In this document: in pieces, positions 10,775 through 23,680 of the stretch
Numbering within the stretch: position 1 is the first letter of the stretch
Layout: every line of letters begins with the position of its first letter
Assembly (NCBI RefSeq): GCF_023055435.1
Contig: NW_025964383.1
Location: 29,574,001 to 29,638,000 of the forward strand
From: Haliotis rufescens
Lineage: Eukaryota
DNA length: 64,000 bases
Reading direction: 5' to 3'
Position numbers and translations under genes: made by a program
The notes under the pieces: model-generated
What the model was told of the DNA's origin: nothing
Database searches by the model: none
Seen by the model: only the letters and a program-made list of their open reading frames with translations

Positions 10775-11102
10775 GATTGTAACATCATGGTCATCATTGC
10801 TGTGGATTACAAACTAAAAACAAATTGAAAAAGAAGAATGGAGTACAAATAACGGTTGCTCTTGAGTTTTAACTTAAGGCATTTAAAAATAAAAATTCTT
10901 GGTTTAAATAGAACCCTTGCAGCCTATGCTTGTACTGTATGTGACTGTGTTTCGGGAGATCAGGCTCGCTGACAGCGTGGGACGTTGCCCATGGTATCAA
11001 TAACTGGTTTGCTTTATTCAGACTTGATTTCCTCGCCATATACATGTAGCTGGAATATTGCTGAGTTATCATGAAGCGTACAGCAAACACAATTTTGCTT
11101 AA

Positions 11103-11754
11103 AGGGGAAGTGTACACGCAAAAATCACTTTCTTTCTTTTTCTAAACAAAACGCAATTTTAGAATTAATTAGTGTCTGTGTTTGAAAATATACACTCATT
11201 TTTTTCACAATGAACGTAGGAAGCTCACAATAGTGTGAAAATGATATGCCGTTATGAGGCCTTCGTTTTTCGAGCTAAACAGGCCTGAGTTATCCCCCTT
11301 GGATTATGACGTAATTGGTGCCAATTCAACTGGGTCCCTGTCTATTCTCAACGCAAAAGATATCAAGTACCAGTTTGCGGTAAAACAACATGGCCTACGA
11401 CACACTCCGGCGCAGTGGTGACTCAGCATAACACTATGCTGGCTGGCATCTGAGACGCTAGAATCACACACCTGGACCTACACCACGTGAAGCGGCTCTA
11501 ACAAAGCATGATGACGTCATCATGTTTATCAATTGGCACCAATGACGTCATATTGCAAGGGGCATAAGCCATGGTGTTTTTGTTGTGGAAATAGAACACT
11601 TGGTAAATGTGAAAAATATAAATCGTTTTAATGCGAAAAATATGTTAATTAATTGTGATATTTTTATATTTTTGTCTATGACACTTCTATGTTAACACTT
11701 TTAATGTGGAAAAAGTACAAGAAAAATAGGTTCATTTCCGTGTGAACTTGCCCT
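11103..11754. mobile_element. Kolobok-like MITE
   Basis: TTAA flanks (11099-11102, 11755-11758); TIR AGGGGAAGTGTACACG vs AGGGCAAGTTCACACG; internal inverted segment ~11290-11325/11531-11575. Confidence 0.7.
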
Positions 11755-14700
11755 TTAATAGTAACAAAATAGCCTCTCTATACTTGTATCAGTTCTTGAA
11801 CTACATGCCTGCTTGAAGGATAACATCAGTTATTAATTAATTGACCTGGTGAATACATTTACAACATGAAATTGCCAGTGGGGAAGATGTAAATAATGAA
11901 CAATTTTAGTTGCCCCATATTCAACTAGTCAAGTTTCCCGCTATGCTGAAGTCACGGAGTTTGTCGAGGATGCCCGAGTGGGCGTCGGTAAGGCCGAAGG
12001 CAGAGCTACTAATTTTTCCCACTTTGCCTTTAGTCTATGTACGCGGCCATGTAATCAGTTGTTACCGATCATGTTCACTCCATGTTTTCCTCGTCGACGC
12101 CCCGTCCTGTCCTGATGAGCACCATACACCGTCTTTGTGGTACCCTATTCGACGTCTTTTAGAGTCAAAGTTGACGTAATATGTGTTTTATCCTGCCTTC
12201 ATTGGCGTCCGATCTTGTCATCACACCATTGGCAATGAGCACTTTATTCTGTTTATTTCTAATCGCCTTGACTACATATTTACAGACCGCCGTCATATAC
12301 CCGGAATATTGCTGAATGCGTCGTTAAACAGTGAGCAAACATATTTCAGCCCATATTGCCTTCATTGTGCCACTCTTGCTTGTCAAAAGACCCGTCCTTT
12401 TTGTACATCCGGTACTATCATCGCGGCACTATCATGCGTTGTCCTTTATACTTAAACCCCATTTTGTCGCCTTTGGCGACCTACCCTGTTATTGGCACTA
12501 TTCTATCGTCGTCATGTGCACGCCATCCACCCTTTAGTTGTCGTCATGGCAACGTTTGTCAACCCACTTCCGTGTTCCCAGTATACATCGGGCGAGAATA
12601 TGGCGTCGCTATGTTAAAAGGCACTGTGTCAAAATTTAACAAGAGCACACCACTTCACAGTGTATCCATAGTTATCTTCACAACAAATGTCATCGAGGCT
12701 GGAACACATTAGTTTTAAAACATAAAATCAAAAGGTTTCTTGGCAAACACTCTGTATCATCTGTGGAGTAGATGGCAATAGATCCATGACTCATGGTGAT
12801 CCTTATGTTGGTCGGAAGTTGCCTAGCTAATGCCGTGTGAAGTGAGACAGTTATGGAATCGACATTCAACGACCTCATGGGAACGTTTAGTACATTCTCC
12901 TTATTTAAAAATAATGACAAAGACAACACAAGCATTTCGAACTCTTTCTGTGAAACGATTGCACATTTGAGAGGGTGCCAAGTGTGACATAGCGGAAGTG
13001 CTTCCGCGACGTTGTAGGGTAAGTGTAGGGATACATTAGAACGTCACTTGAGGATTGACTTAATGAAAATGCCTTTCTCTTGAAGTTGGATGTAAATAAA
13101 TGTGTGAGCAGTGTAAACATGTTTTATTCACAGAATGATTTAGTCTTGAGGTTGAAGAGGATAACAATGACTTTTATCATAACATTTGCTTGTGTGGTTC
13201 CGCCAACGATATTTATTTGATGTTTTTGACTTGACACTGTCGAGATATGACGGTACACAATAACCCAAGTTTAAAAAAAACTAACCATCCGTTTTCTTTT
13301 TATGTCGGCTCGTACGACAAGTACACTTGTTGTCATACTGTTTTTATGATCAATATATTTTGATTTTATTTCTTAATCCCTGCTACAGAAATGGTCAGCC
13401 ATCCAGGCCATGCCTAACCAGAGTATGGCGGCGAAGAGATACAAGAAATTTGTTGAAAAACAGTCAGTATCTTCAAAAAACATCAATTAGCATAATAGGT
13501 TATGCTACTGGTAAAGTTTGTTTATTGTTTAACTCAATACTCAGCAATATTCTAACCATATGACGGCGATAAATAAACGATTCTAGACCAAACAGTCAAG
13601 ACAAGACCAGACAAAGATAGCAAGATATAAATTAAGAACTATATTAAGTGGAACTCAAATTATTACCAAGGCATTGACAAACACACTCCTTCATGTTCAC
13701 ATTCATACCAAATCTGCAAGGATCCCTGCAGTAAATGGTATAGTAACGACATACAGTAAAATCCAAGCAAGTAATTAATAGTAAGTCTAATCAATTGAAC
13801 ATTTCATTACTTAATGTATATATCACTCACACACAATACATCTGTTTAATGTAATCACTAAACCTTCATTCAATACATTGTCATCCGTTATAAAAGGCTT
13901 TAAAGCGTGGTACTATTTTCAACCAGTAATGTGGCGTTGTCCATCACTGTGTGGGAGAACGTCATATGGATCTTTAATGGCACACTGTTTTCTTTAATCG
14001 TTATTAAAGTACCCAGAAAACCAACTTATTTCAGTTGAAACTCCTCCACAGGATCATTACCACAAGTGTGTCGCAGTCAGGATTAGCATTTCACTCTGAG
14101 TAATACACGACCTAAATCAGATTATTAGGACTATCATGTCACTGGGTTTAAATATTATACATGACTCTGGTTTGGCAGTTGGGCTGACTTGATTGATACA
14201 TTTGTCCTTCGCAGAATCCAAATTCTGGAAAATAAATAGTCGCATATTTTATGCTAGTCAAATTTGAAATTGAAATTGACTGGATCGTAACTTTAAGGCT
14301 AGCTAGCCCACCTGGCCAGCAACATTTTGAGGCTATTTCACAGACTGCCGATGACATCTCTGTGGTTTAATTGTTTATTTGTTTTTGTTTTTATTGATGT
14401 AGCATGGTTCAGTTGTTGTTGATGCAGCGTGATTGTAGATTCAGAAGCTCTTTTATGCCTCAAAACTTTACTTTTAATGGAATTGAAAAATACTTATTGT
14501 TTGTTTTGTAATATAATCTTTTCCTAGATGATGTTTTTGAATTAATGATAATATCACTGTCAAAGTCCAAAGATGTCCCTGAATAATTAATTTCAAATAT
14601 TGTCCAAGTTTTGAGTAAGACTGAGTAATGGATGGTTTATAGAAACACATAAATGTAAACTATTTAGCAAAAGTAACCAGATGAACACACATTAAAATTG

Positions 14701-14775
14701 GGCTAAATATCATCTTTAGTGTGAGTAATTATGAGTAATAAGTTGGATTTAACGCCGCTTTGAACAGTATTTCAA

Positions 14776-15354
14776 GATTCTCATTAAAATCAGATCTTAG
14801 TGCTCGCTACTGCTACACGATCTGATCTGAGAACATTCCAGCACAGGTCATCCCAGACTGACCTTTCGCGAAGTTTGACAGACCAATGAAATGACTAAAA
14901 GTAAGCCAATGAGAAAGCAGCGTTCTCGAGATTTACGGCACTAGTTTCAAAACAGCGACTTCCATTCCAGATAAGGCTTTGAAAATATTTTGTCAGTATT
15001 CCCGATGCATAATTTGAAAACGGAACAAAAGAAAATTCTTGAATGTCTGATAAATGTCGAAATTTTATGGCAGTGCCTCCCACGGGCTTTTGGGAAATCT
15101 CTTCCGTTTCAAATGTTTATCCTATTGAAGTGAGAGATAGATTATATCTTGCATTCGGAATCAGTCGTACAGCCGTATTTTCGGAATAACCTTTTCTAGG
15201 TAGCACAATTAGAAAAAAACTTTCACTTTCCAAAACTTGTAAGCGACGCTCGGATTGGTCGGATGAAAGGTAATTCTGACGTTAACTGTAATGGGATGTC
15301 CTCAGATCTTTGTGTAGCGGTTGCGAACACAAAGGTCTGCTTTTAATTAGATCG
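14776..15354 (+). mobile_element. Non-autonomous long-TIR element with RecQ-helicase N-terminal fragment (AcademH-like)
   Basis: ~100-bp imperfect TIRs; internal LKTEQKKILECL...MAV(P)PTGF/GKSLPFQMF across frameshifts; inserted into a minus-strand SINE D with a degenerate ~9-10-bp TSD. Confidence 0.7.
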
Positions 15355-15536
15355 AGTTTTTCTGTAATATCATGGTCAGCTTTGATAGGAAAGCCCTATC
15401 GAATCAGTGAATCTAGTGAGTTTTACCGAAGTGGTGAACGCCAAAGACTTGCGTGGGCACGGGTGGTCCAGTCATCTAAGGCGCCGCAATACGCTTTCCA
15501 GACTTGCGTCCCTTGGGACGCCAGAAACATAACGTA

Positions 15537-16821
15537 CGAGGGCTGGCTGAAAAGTTCTGAGCCCAAGTGGGATATCTAAATCCGATTGAAACAAACTTTT
15601 GCCACCAACAAGTACGATCATTTAATGAATCATAGACATAAGAACTGCAACTGTAGTGGTATTATTGTCTTTGTACCAGACCATCTTGTGAACCTACCAA
15701 TTGAAATCACCAGAAATGGACAAAACTGGCTATAGGGCAGTCATCAACTGAAAGGGCTAAATCCAACACAGATACATGCTGACATGGTCTCTAATTGAGG
15801 GGATGATGCCCCTTCCTTTTCCACTGTAAAGGTGTGGGCTGCGGAATTGAAGCGTGGCAGAGAGAGCCTTGACGATGACCCGCGTCCAGGAAGGTCTTCA
15901 ACAGCAACCATTCCGGAAAACATTACCCGGGTGCATGACATGGTGATGGCTGATCGACGATTGACCACTCGACATATTGCCAGTGTTGTGGGCATCTCTC
16001 ATGAGAGGGTTGAGCACATTATTACCAACGAGTTGGGAATGACAAAAGTTTCTGCAAGATGGGTGCCAAAGCTCTTGACAGCGGATCAGAAACGTGTCAG
16101 ATTCCTGACGTCCCGTGACAATTTATGCTGTTTTGAAGCAGATCCCGATGATTTTTTGGCCCAATTTGTAACCATGGATGAGACCTGGATTCATCACTTT
16201 CAACCAGAAACCAAAATTCAGTCTAAACAATTGAAGCATCCGGAATTACCAGCCCCCCCAAAAAGCCGAGTCGGTTCCTTCTGCTGGAAAGGTGATGGCT
16301 TCAGTCTTTTGGGATTCCAAGGGTATTCTGCTGATTGGCTATCTTAAAAAAGGCCAGACTATCAATGAAAGATATTATGCCGACCTACTGAGACAGTTGC
16401 GTGAAGCTATGAAGGCTAAGCAATGGGGAATGCTCACTAAAGGAGTCCTGTTCCACCAAGACAATGCTCCTGTTCACAAATCGGTGGTTGCCATGTCAGC
16501 GATCCATGATTGTGGCTTCGAACTCAATTACCATCCCCCTTATTCACACGATTTGGCCCCGTCAGACTTTCATCTGTTTACCAAAATGAACAAGGAACTA
16601 GCCAGTCGCCATTTCCCTTGTAATGATGACGTCATTTCCGCTGTGAATGACTTTTTTGGGGTGGCTGAAGAAAATTTCTTCTTGACCGGCATCCAGGCCT
16701 TGCAGCATCGCTGGCAAAAGTGTGTAAACCTGGAAGGGGACTATGTGGAGAAATAAATGAAAACCATCGACTTGGTACGGGTCTTTCACAGTTAGGCTTA
16801 GAACTTTTCAGCCAGCCCTCG
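15537..16821 (+). mobile_element. Full-length mariner transposon (1285 bp), irritans/Himar1-like
   Basis: TA TSD; 27-bp TIR CGAGGGCTGGCTGAAAAGTTCT(G/A)AGCC; transposase inside. Confidence 0.97.
15716..16756 (+). pseudogene. Disrupted mariner DD34D transposase
   Basis: MDKTGYRAVI start; WVPKLL, TMDETW, HQDNAPVH and YSHDLAPSDF motifs with 34 aa between the 2nd and 3rd D; N-terminal frameshift and stop, second frameshift near 16260-16292. Confidence 0.95.
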
Positions 16822-18314
16822 TATGATCGTGGGTCCGATTACGTTTCTAGGTTTGTCACCACTATCGCCGTGCTCGTGAGTTTCACCAAAGTGGTAAACG
16901 TCTGAGACCTGCAAGCCTTCGGGATTTCCACCTACAGTAAGCGGAAACGTCGTAACAAAACTGGAATGCTGTTCGAAGCGGCATAAAACCAAACCCAACT
17001 CACTCACATTATGACCAGCACACTGTTCTGGGGGGCGTAAAACACAACTTATTCACTCATTCTGTTGTCCTTAAGACAATGTGTCCATGCTCAACGTACG
17101 TGCAACACCCTCTACCCATCTACTGTAATTGCACTTTACTGTAGAGGTTTCCTTTTACCCTAGCCCAGTCTTACACCCTTAACATGTTTTCAGCAATAAA
17201 TCAGAATCGAAAGGAATGTTTCCTTCTAAGGTTTGAACAGTTTCATTGTTGAATATTCCTCCAGTGGCGTAACTAGGGGAAATTACAATATAAGCAGACA
17301 TGTCACAGTATAAGGTTTTTGAACACGTAAAACTCTTATCAAACACAGACCAAAAACAATTAGGCCCGTACAATGTATCTAAAACAGAGACATCCCTACC
17401 GCGTTCTGGATATAACACATTTTTTATGGAGAACAGTTTACTCATATTGTATCAAACCATCTCTTTATATAAATGATAACAAGCAAACAACAATATCAAC
17501 TATTCTACGATAATTTTCCCAATGTATGCCGGGTCAACCTGTAAATTAATCAAAGACCATGTAACAACAACAAACGTCGGAAAGAAGAACACATTTTAGC
17601 ATTTGAAAAAAAATAAAAAATTTTTTTATTTTTGTATCAATTTCAAAGTGTCAGCACTTGTTTTTGTGCTACCAACTAAATCCGCCACTGGGGCCGTATT
17701 CATAAACAATTCTCAGAATTTCTCAAGAACACTCTTACTCGCTTAGAAAACTTTTTACCCCCCTTAACGTGAACAACATTTACTCATGTAAAAGTACATT
17801 TGCACATTGTAATTATACATACGTGTATATGTGTAAATGTACTATGCGTTCACATGAAAATTAACTTAGGTGTGTAAGTAAGGTACACATATTCTTCAAT
17901 TTATTCACAACTTTCAACATGAACAGGTTGTTTTCCAATCAAAGTGGAATGAGAAGAGAGTTACCTTACATAAATCTTCGCATTAAGCAACACGTGTTTG
18001 ATTTAATCTGTACACAAATTTTTGACTCCTTGAAACTAAAAGAAAACACCGTTCGCTTAGAGGTTGGTGTCCGCATAAAAATTGGTTTTGCTGTATACTA
18101 AATCGCGTCAACTTCTGAAAACAGACCTGTTGACATTTTGTTTGATGTTCTCAAATCAACAGATATATTGAAATAGATTAGATCATCATCTGACGTAGGC
18201 ATAAACGTTCACATAACAAAACATACACACAGTGCAAATTTACATTTACATTTGCGCTTGCACCAGACATGGTCCAAATGTGCTCCTGGGGTAAATATAC
18301 ACACATCTGTTAAG

Positions 18315-18661
18315 GTGAGGTGAGGTGGAATGGGGTTTAACTTCGCGTCCAAGATTATTGCACTTATATCGCGACGTGCATGTACGTGTGTGTGGCTGCT
18401 TGTACCAGTCCGGACTGATGCCGATTGATAGTGCTAGCCCACTGAGATACCATGCCGCAGTTAAACACGAATACCCCACTCAGACACAGTATACTGACTC
18501 CGAGCCGACCAGTCCTTGTTTTAGCCCCTTAATGCCGAGCGCCAGACAGGGTAACAACAAGTACCATCTTTTAACGTCTTTTGGTATGACGCGGCCGGGG
18601 ATCTAGCCCCGGACCTTCCGCTCTCCGGGCGGACGCTCTACTACTAGACCACTGAGGCTGT
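18315..18661 (-). mobile_element. SINE family A
   Basis: Full length; TSD CACATCTG(T/A)TAAG. Confidence 0.92.
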
Positions 18662-19125
18662 CACATCTGATAAGAGGTGCATGTGAACGGGGTATTGGTT
18701 AAGAGTTACACTTTAGACTGTAGTCAAATTATCTCTGAGACTAACTTCAAGCTGAGGGCAAAGCGAACTCTAGGATTGACTTTCCACGGTATAATTGTAT
18801 GTCACTGGTTTCAGGGGCATCCTGTACCTAGTCTGCCATACAGTGCAGCTGTCCCTCTCATTGAAAATGCATCAGTGATGGAGCATGGTAAAACTGGAAT
18901 ATTTTGTTTGCGAGCCACTTGTTGAATATGAAATGATTTTCACTGATTATATGGAAGTGACTAAATATCTGGCAATCATTTTATTCACTTCAAAAACCAT
19001 GTACTCCCTGAAAGTTCTACAGCAGCATACCCCTTTCTTTGAATGGCGGTCATTTTAAAGAGTTAAGAAGTCATTGAAAGTCCTCTTGAGTACTCTTAGC
19101 TTTAGGAGTATTCTAAGTGATAAAC

Positions 19126-19128
<3 letters not shown>

Positions 19129-19191
<63 letters not shown>
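19129..19191. repeat. (TA)n microsatellite
   Basis: ~31 perfect TA units; the paralogous site near 24630 has a poly-T run instead. Confidence 0.97.
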
Positions 19192-19193
<2 letters not shown>

Positions 19194-19216
19194 CTTAGGA
19201 CATTCTTAGTTATGAG

Positions 19217-19255
19217 CTTGGACGCGACGTTAAACCCAATTTCACCTCACCTCAC
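19217..19255 (+). mobile_element. 39-bp 3' remnant of SINE family A
   Basis: CTTGGACGCGACGTTAAACCCAATTT(CACCT)n with perfect 12-bp TSD CTTAGTTATGAG. Confidence 0.85.
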
Positions 19256-20029
19256 CTTAGTTATGAGAGTAACGTTTGGTGCTTTTTTGACTATACTCAT
19301 ACTTAAAAAATTCTTAAGCACTCTGATATTTCTTATGAACACGGCCCTTGTTCTCACTCATGGCGACATGTCCTGACATGTTACTGTTTGTAACATTATT
19401 GTTGTATCACAGCTGTTTTCTCACCGGTCCAATATTTCATGAATAATGGCGGATTTCCCAAGAGAAATTAAATGTTGTGCCATCAAGACCTAAATGATAT
19501 GAGAATGAGGCAAGCGCTGTGGTTTTCTGCATCCTCTACGACCTGTTGACAGAACAATTCACTGGCTGCAAATTGAATCGTGATGTTTTGCCAGTTGGGG
19601 AAGTGAACCTGGCGTTTTTAAAGGAGGTTTATTGTTCCTCAGTATGCAGTTCAAATCACTTGTGTATGCACTCAAATACTCTGCCTATTGAACGTGTTGA
19701 TTTGTCACACTTGACCACCTGGACTACTGTTAAAGTCTGTTTGACGGTTTCCATTTAACAGACAGTAGTTCCTTATTCGTTCATTGAACGGTATAGGTTG
19801 GTGTGGGTGTGGGTGGCGAGTAGGCGGATGGGTGGATGAGTGGGTGGATGAATAGATGAGTGAATGGTTGGATGTTGAGTGGATAGGGATCAGCGGTTCA
19901 TGTAAACTAGGCTATAGAGTCCATGATAAAGAGAGTAGTAGTATTTTCTAAATGTATGCAATCATGTAAAATATGTATTCAATGATTGTTTGAAAAGTTA
20001 CTCAATTAGATTATATAGTATTACTTTTG

Positions 20030-20288
20030 ACCCGAGAAGATCCGGGGTACAATATGTCTTCAGCAATCCATGCTTGCCGTAAAAGGCGACTACGCTTGTC
20101 GTAAGAGGTGACTTATGGGTTCGGGTGGTCAGGCTCGCTGACTTGTTTGATGCATGTCATCGTATCCCAATTGAGTAGATCGATGCCAATGATGTCAATG
20201 ACTGGATTGTCTGGTCCAGACTCGATTCTTTACAGATTGCCGTCATATAGCTGGAATATTGCGGCGTGAAACAAGAAACAAACAAAAC
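20030..20288 (+). mobile_element. SINE-like family E
   Basis: Paralog of 10507-10774. Confidence 0.82.
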
Positions 20289-22732
20289 ACATTTCAGCCC
20301 ATTTCGCCCACAGTCGTTTTTGTGCACCCGGTGCGATCCTCGTGGCACGCTACCCGTTGTCTTTTGTATGCTCAAACTCCATCCTGTCGCCTTTGGTGAC
20401 CTACCCTGTTTTTGGCACTATTCTGTCGTCGTCACGTGCACGCCATTCACCCTTTCATTGTCCTCATGGCAACGTTTGTCAGCCCACTTCCGTGTTCCCA
20501 GTATACCTCGGGCGAGAATATGGCGTCGCTATGTTAAAAGGCACTGTGTCAAAATTTAACAAGAGCACACCACTTCACAGTGTATCCATAGTTATCTTCA
20601 CAACAAATGTCATCGAGGCTGGAACTCATTAGTTTTAAAACAGAAAATCGAAAATCTTGGCAAACACTTTGTATCATCTGTGGAGTAGATGGCAATAGAT
20701 CCATGACTCATGGTGATCCTGATGTTGGTCGGAAGTTGCCTAGCTAATGCCGTGTGAAGTGAGACAGTTATGGAATCGACATTCAACGACCTCATGGGAA
20801 CGTTTAGTACATTCTCCTTATTTAAAAATAATGACAAAGACAACACGAGCATTTCGAACTCTTTCTGTGAAACGATTGCACATTTGAGAGGGTGCCAAGT
20901 GTGACATAGCGGAAGTGCTTCCGCGACGTTGTAGGGTAAGTGTAGGGATACATTAGAACGTCACTTGAGGATTGACTTAATGAAAATGCCTTTCTCTTGA
21001 AGTTGGATGTAAATAAATGTGTGAGCAGTATCAACATGTTTTATTCACAGAATGATTTAGTCTTGAGGTTGAAGAGGGTAGCAGTGACTTTTATCATAAC
21101 ATTTGCTCGTGTGGTTCTGCCAACGATATTTATTTGATGTTTTTGACTTGACACTTTCGAGATATGACGGTACACAATAACCCAAGTTTAAAAAAACCCC
21201 TTACCATCCGTTTTCTTTTTATGTCGGCTCGTACGACAAGTAAATTTGTTGTCATACTGTTTTTATAATGAATACATTTTGATTTTATTTCTTAATCCCT
21301 GCTACAGAAATGGTCAGCCATCCAGGGCCATGCCTAACCAGAGTATGGCGGCGAAGAGATACAAGAAATTTATCGAAAAACAGTCAATATCTTCAAAAAA
21401 CATCAATTAGCATAATAGGTTATGCTACTGGTAAAGTTTGTTTATTGTTTAACTCAATACTCAGCAATATTCCAGTTATATGACGGCGATAAATAAACGA
21501 TTCAAGACCAAACAGTCAAGACAAGACCAGACAAAGATAGCAAGATATTAATTAAGAACTATAATAAGTGGAACTCAAATTATTACCAAAGCATTGACAA
21601 ACATACTCCTTCATGTTCACATTCATACCAAATCTGCAAGGATCCCTGCAGTAAATGGTATAGTAACGACATACAGTAAAATCCAAGCAAGTAATTAATA
21701 ATTAGTCTAATCAATTGAACATTTCATAATTGAATGTATATATCACTCACACACAATACATCTGTTTAATGTAATCACTAAACCTTCATTCAATTCATTG
21801 TCACCCGTTATAAAAGGCTTTAAAGAGTGGTACTATTTTCAACCAGTAATGTGGCGTTGTCCATCACTGTGTCCATCACTGTGTGGGAGAACATCATATG
21901 GATCTTTGATGGCACACTGTTTCCTGTAATCGTTATTAAAGTACCCAGAAAACCAAATTATTTCAGTTGAAACTCCTCCACAGGATCATTACCACAAGTG
22001 TGTCGTCGTCAGGATTAGCATCTGACTCTGAGAAATACATGACCTAACTATTGCGATTATCATGTCACTTGGTTAAAATGTTATACATGACTCGTGATTT
22101 GGCAGTTGGGCTTACTTGATTGATACATTTGCCCTTCGCAGAATCCAAATTCTGGACAATAAATAGTCGCATATTTCATGCTAGTAAAATTTGACATTGA
22201 AATTAACTCGATCGTAACTTTAAGGCTAGCTAGCCCACCTGGCCAGCAACATTTTGAGGCTATTTCACACACTGCCCATGACATCTCTGTGGTTGATTTG
22301 TTTATTTGTTTCTTTTTATTGATGTAGCGTGGTTCAGTTGTTGTTGATGCAGCGTGATTGTAGATTCAGAGACTCGTTTTATGCCTCATGGAGTCTACTA
22401 ATTAACGCTGGCAGCCTTGACATCTCCATTTTTGATGGATGTGAAGAACACTTATAGTTTTGTTTTTAATGATATGTTTTACCAGATAATGTATTTGAAT
22501 TAATAATATTATCATTGTCAAAGTCCAAAGATGTCCCTGAAATAATTAATTTAAAATATGTTCCAAGTTTTGAGTAAGACTGAGTACTGAATGATTTATA
22601 GAAACGCATTTATGTAAACTATTTAGCCCTTAGTAACCAGATAAACACACATTTAAACTGGGCTGTGTATTATCTTTAGAGTGAGTAATTACGAGTGATG
22701 AGTTTTTAACGACGCAGTGAACAGTATTTCAG

Positions 22733-23314
22733 GAATCTCATTACAATCAGATCTTAGTGCTCGCTACTGCTACACAATCTGATCTGAGGACATTCCAACA
22801 CAGGTCATGTCAGACTGACCTTTCGCGAACTTTGATAGACCAATGGAATGACTATGAGGAAGTCAAAATAAGACAATGAGAGAGCAGCGTTCTAGAGTTT
22901 TACGAAACTAGTCTTAAAATGGCGACTTTCATTCCTGACAACGCTTTAACAATATTTTGTCAATATTCCCGATTCAAAATTTGAAAACGGAACAAAAGAA
23001 AATTCTGGAATGTCTGATGAATGTCGAAATTGTATGGCAGTACTCCCACGGGCAGGAAATCTCTTCCGTTTCAAATGTTTAACCTATTGAAGCAAGAGAT
23101 ATGCTATATCTTGCATTCGGACTCAGTCATACAGCCGTATTTTCGGAATAACCTTTTCGAGGTAGCATAAATAGAAAACACTTTCGCTTTCGCAAGCTTG
23201 TAAGCGACGCTCAGATTGGTCGGATGAAAGGTAATTCTGACGTTAACTGTAATGGGATGTCCTCAGATCTTTGTGTAGCGGTAGTGAGCACTAAGGTCTG
23301 CTTTATTTAGATTG
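22733..23314 (+). mobile_element. AcademH-like long-TIR element, paralogous copy
   Basis: TIRs as in 14776-15354; ATG at 22919: MATF...PIQNLKTEQKKILECLM / CRNCMAVLP / TGRKSLPFQMF. Confidence 0.7.
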
Positions 23315-23412
23315 AGATTTTCTATAATATCATGGTCAGCTTTGACAGGAAAGCCCTATCGAATCAGTGAATCTAGTGAGTTTTACCGAAGTGTTGTACG
23401 CCACAGACTTGT

Positions 23413-23680
23413 GGGGGCACGAGTGGCACAGTCGTTTGAGGCGCCGCATTACGCTTTCCAGACTTGCGTCCCTTGGGTACGCAAGAATCATAAACTATGA
23501 TCGTGGGTTCGAATCCCGGTCTCTAGGTTTGTCACCACCATGCCCTTGTTTGTGACGTTCACTAAAGTGGCAAACGTCTGAGACATTGTTTCCCTTCGAG
23601 CCTTCCTCCAACATTAAGCAGACGCTGTGATACTGGAATACTGTTCAAAGCGGTATTTATCCCAACTTAACTCACCCACT
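23413..23680 (+). mobile_element. SINE family D (empty site for the mariner)
   Basis: Continuous ...ATAAACTATGATCGTGGGTTCG... Confidence 0.8.

Larger units (their letters stand above)
15453..17006 (+). mobile_element. SINE family D split by the mariner insertion
   Basis: Head at 15453-15534 and body/tail at 16822-17006 rejoin at the TA; the paralog at 23413-23680 is uninterrupted. Confidence 0.8.
17691..19347. mobile_element. PIF/Harbinger-like non-autonomous element with nested insertions
   Basis: TIR GGGCCGT(A/G)TTCATAA at both ends; flanks CTG/TTG; eroded paralogous ends near 24401 and 32156. Confidence 0.5.
10340..19900 (+). repeat. Segmental duplication, copy 1 (paralog ~19900-25400)
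   Basis: Colinear blocks: 10340-10770/19900-20285, 12340-15534/20285-23495, 16823-17720/23496-24430, 18960-19130/24480-24630, 19400-19800/25000-25400. Confidence 0.85.

Noticed and set aside
17262-17690. CAGTGGCG...CGCCACTG hAT-like inverted ends
   Set aside because: The match is short and there is no 8-bp TSD
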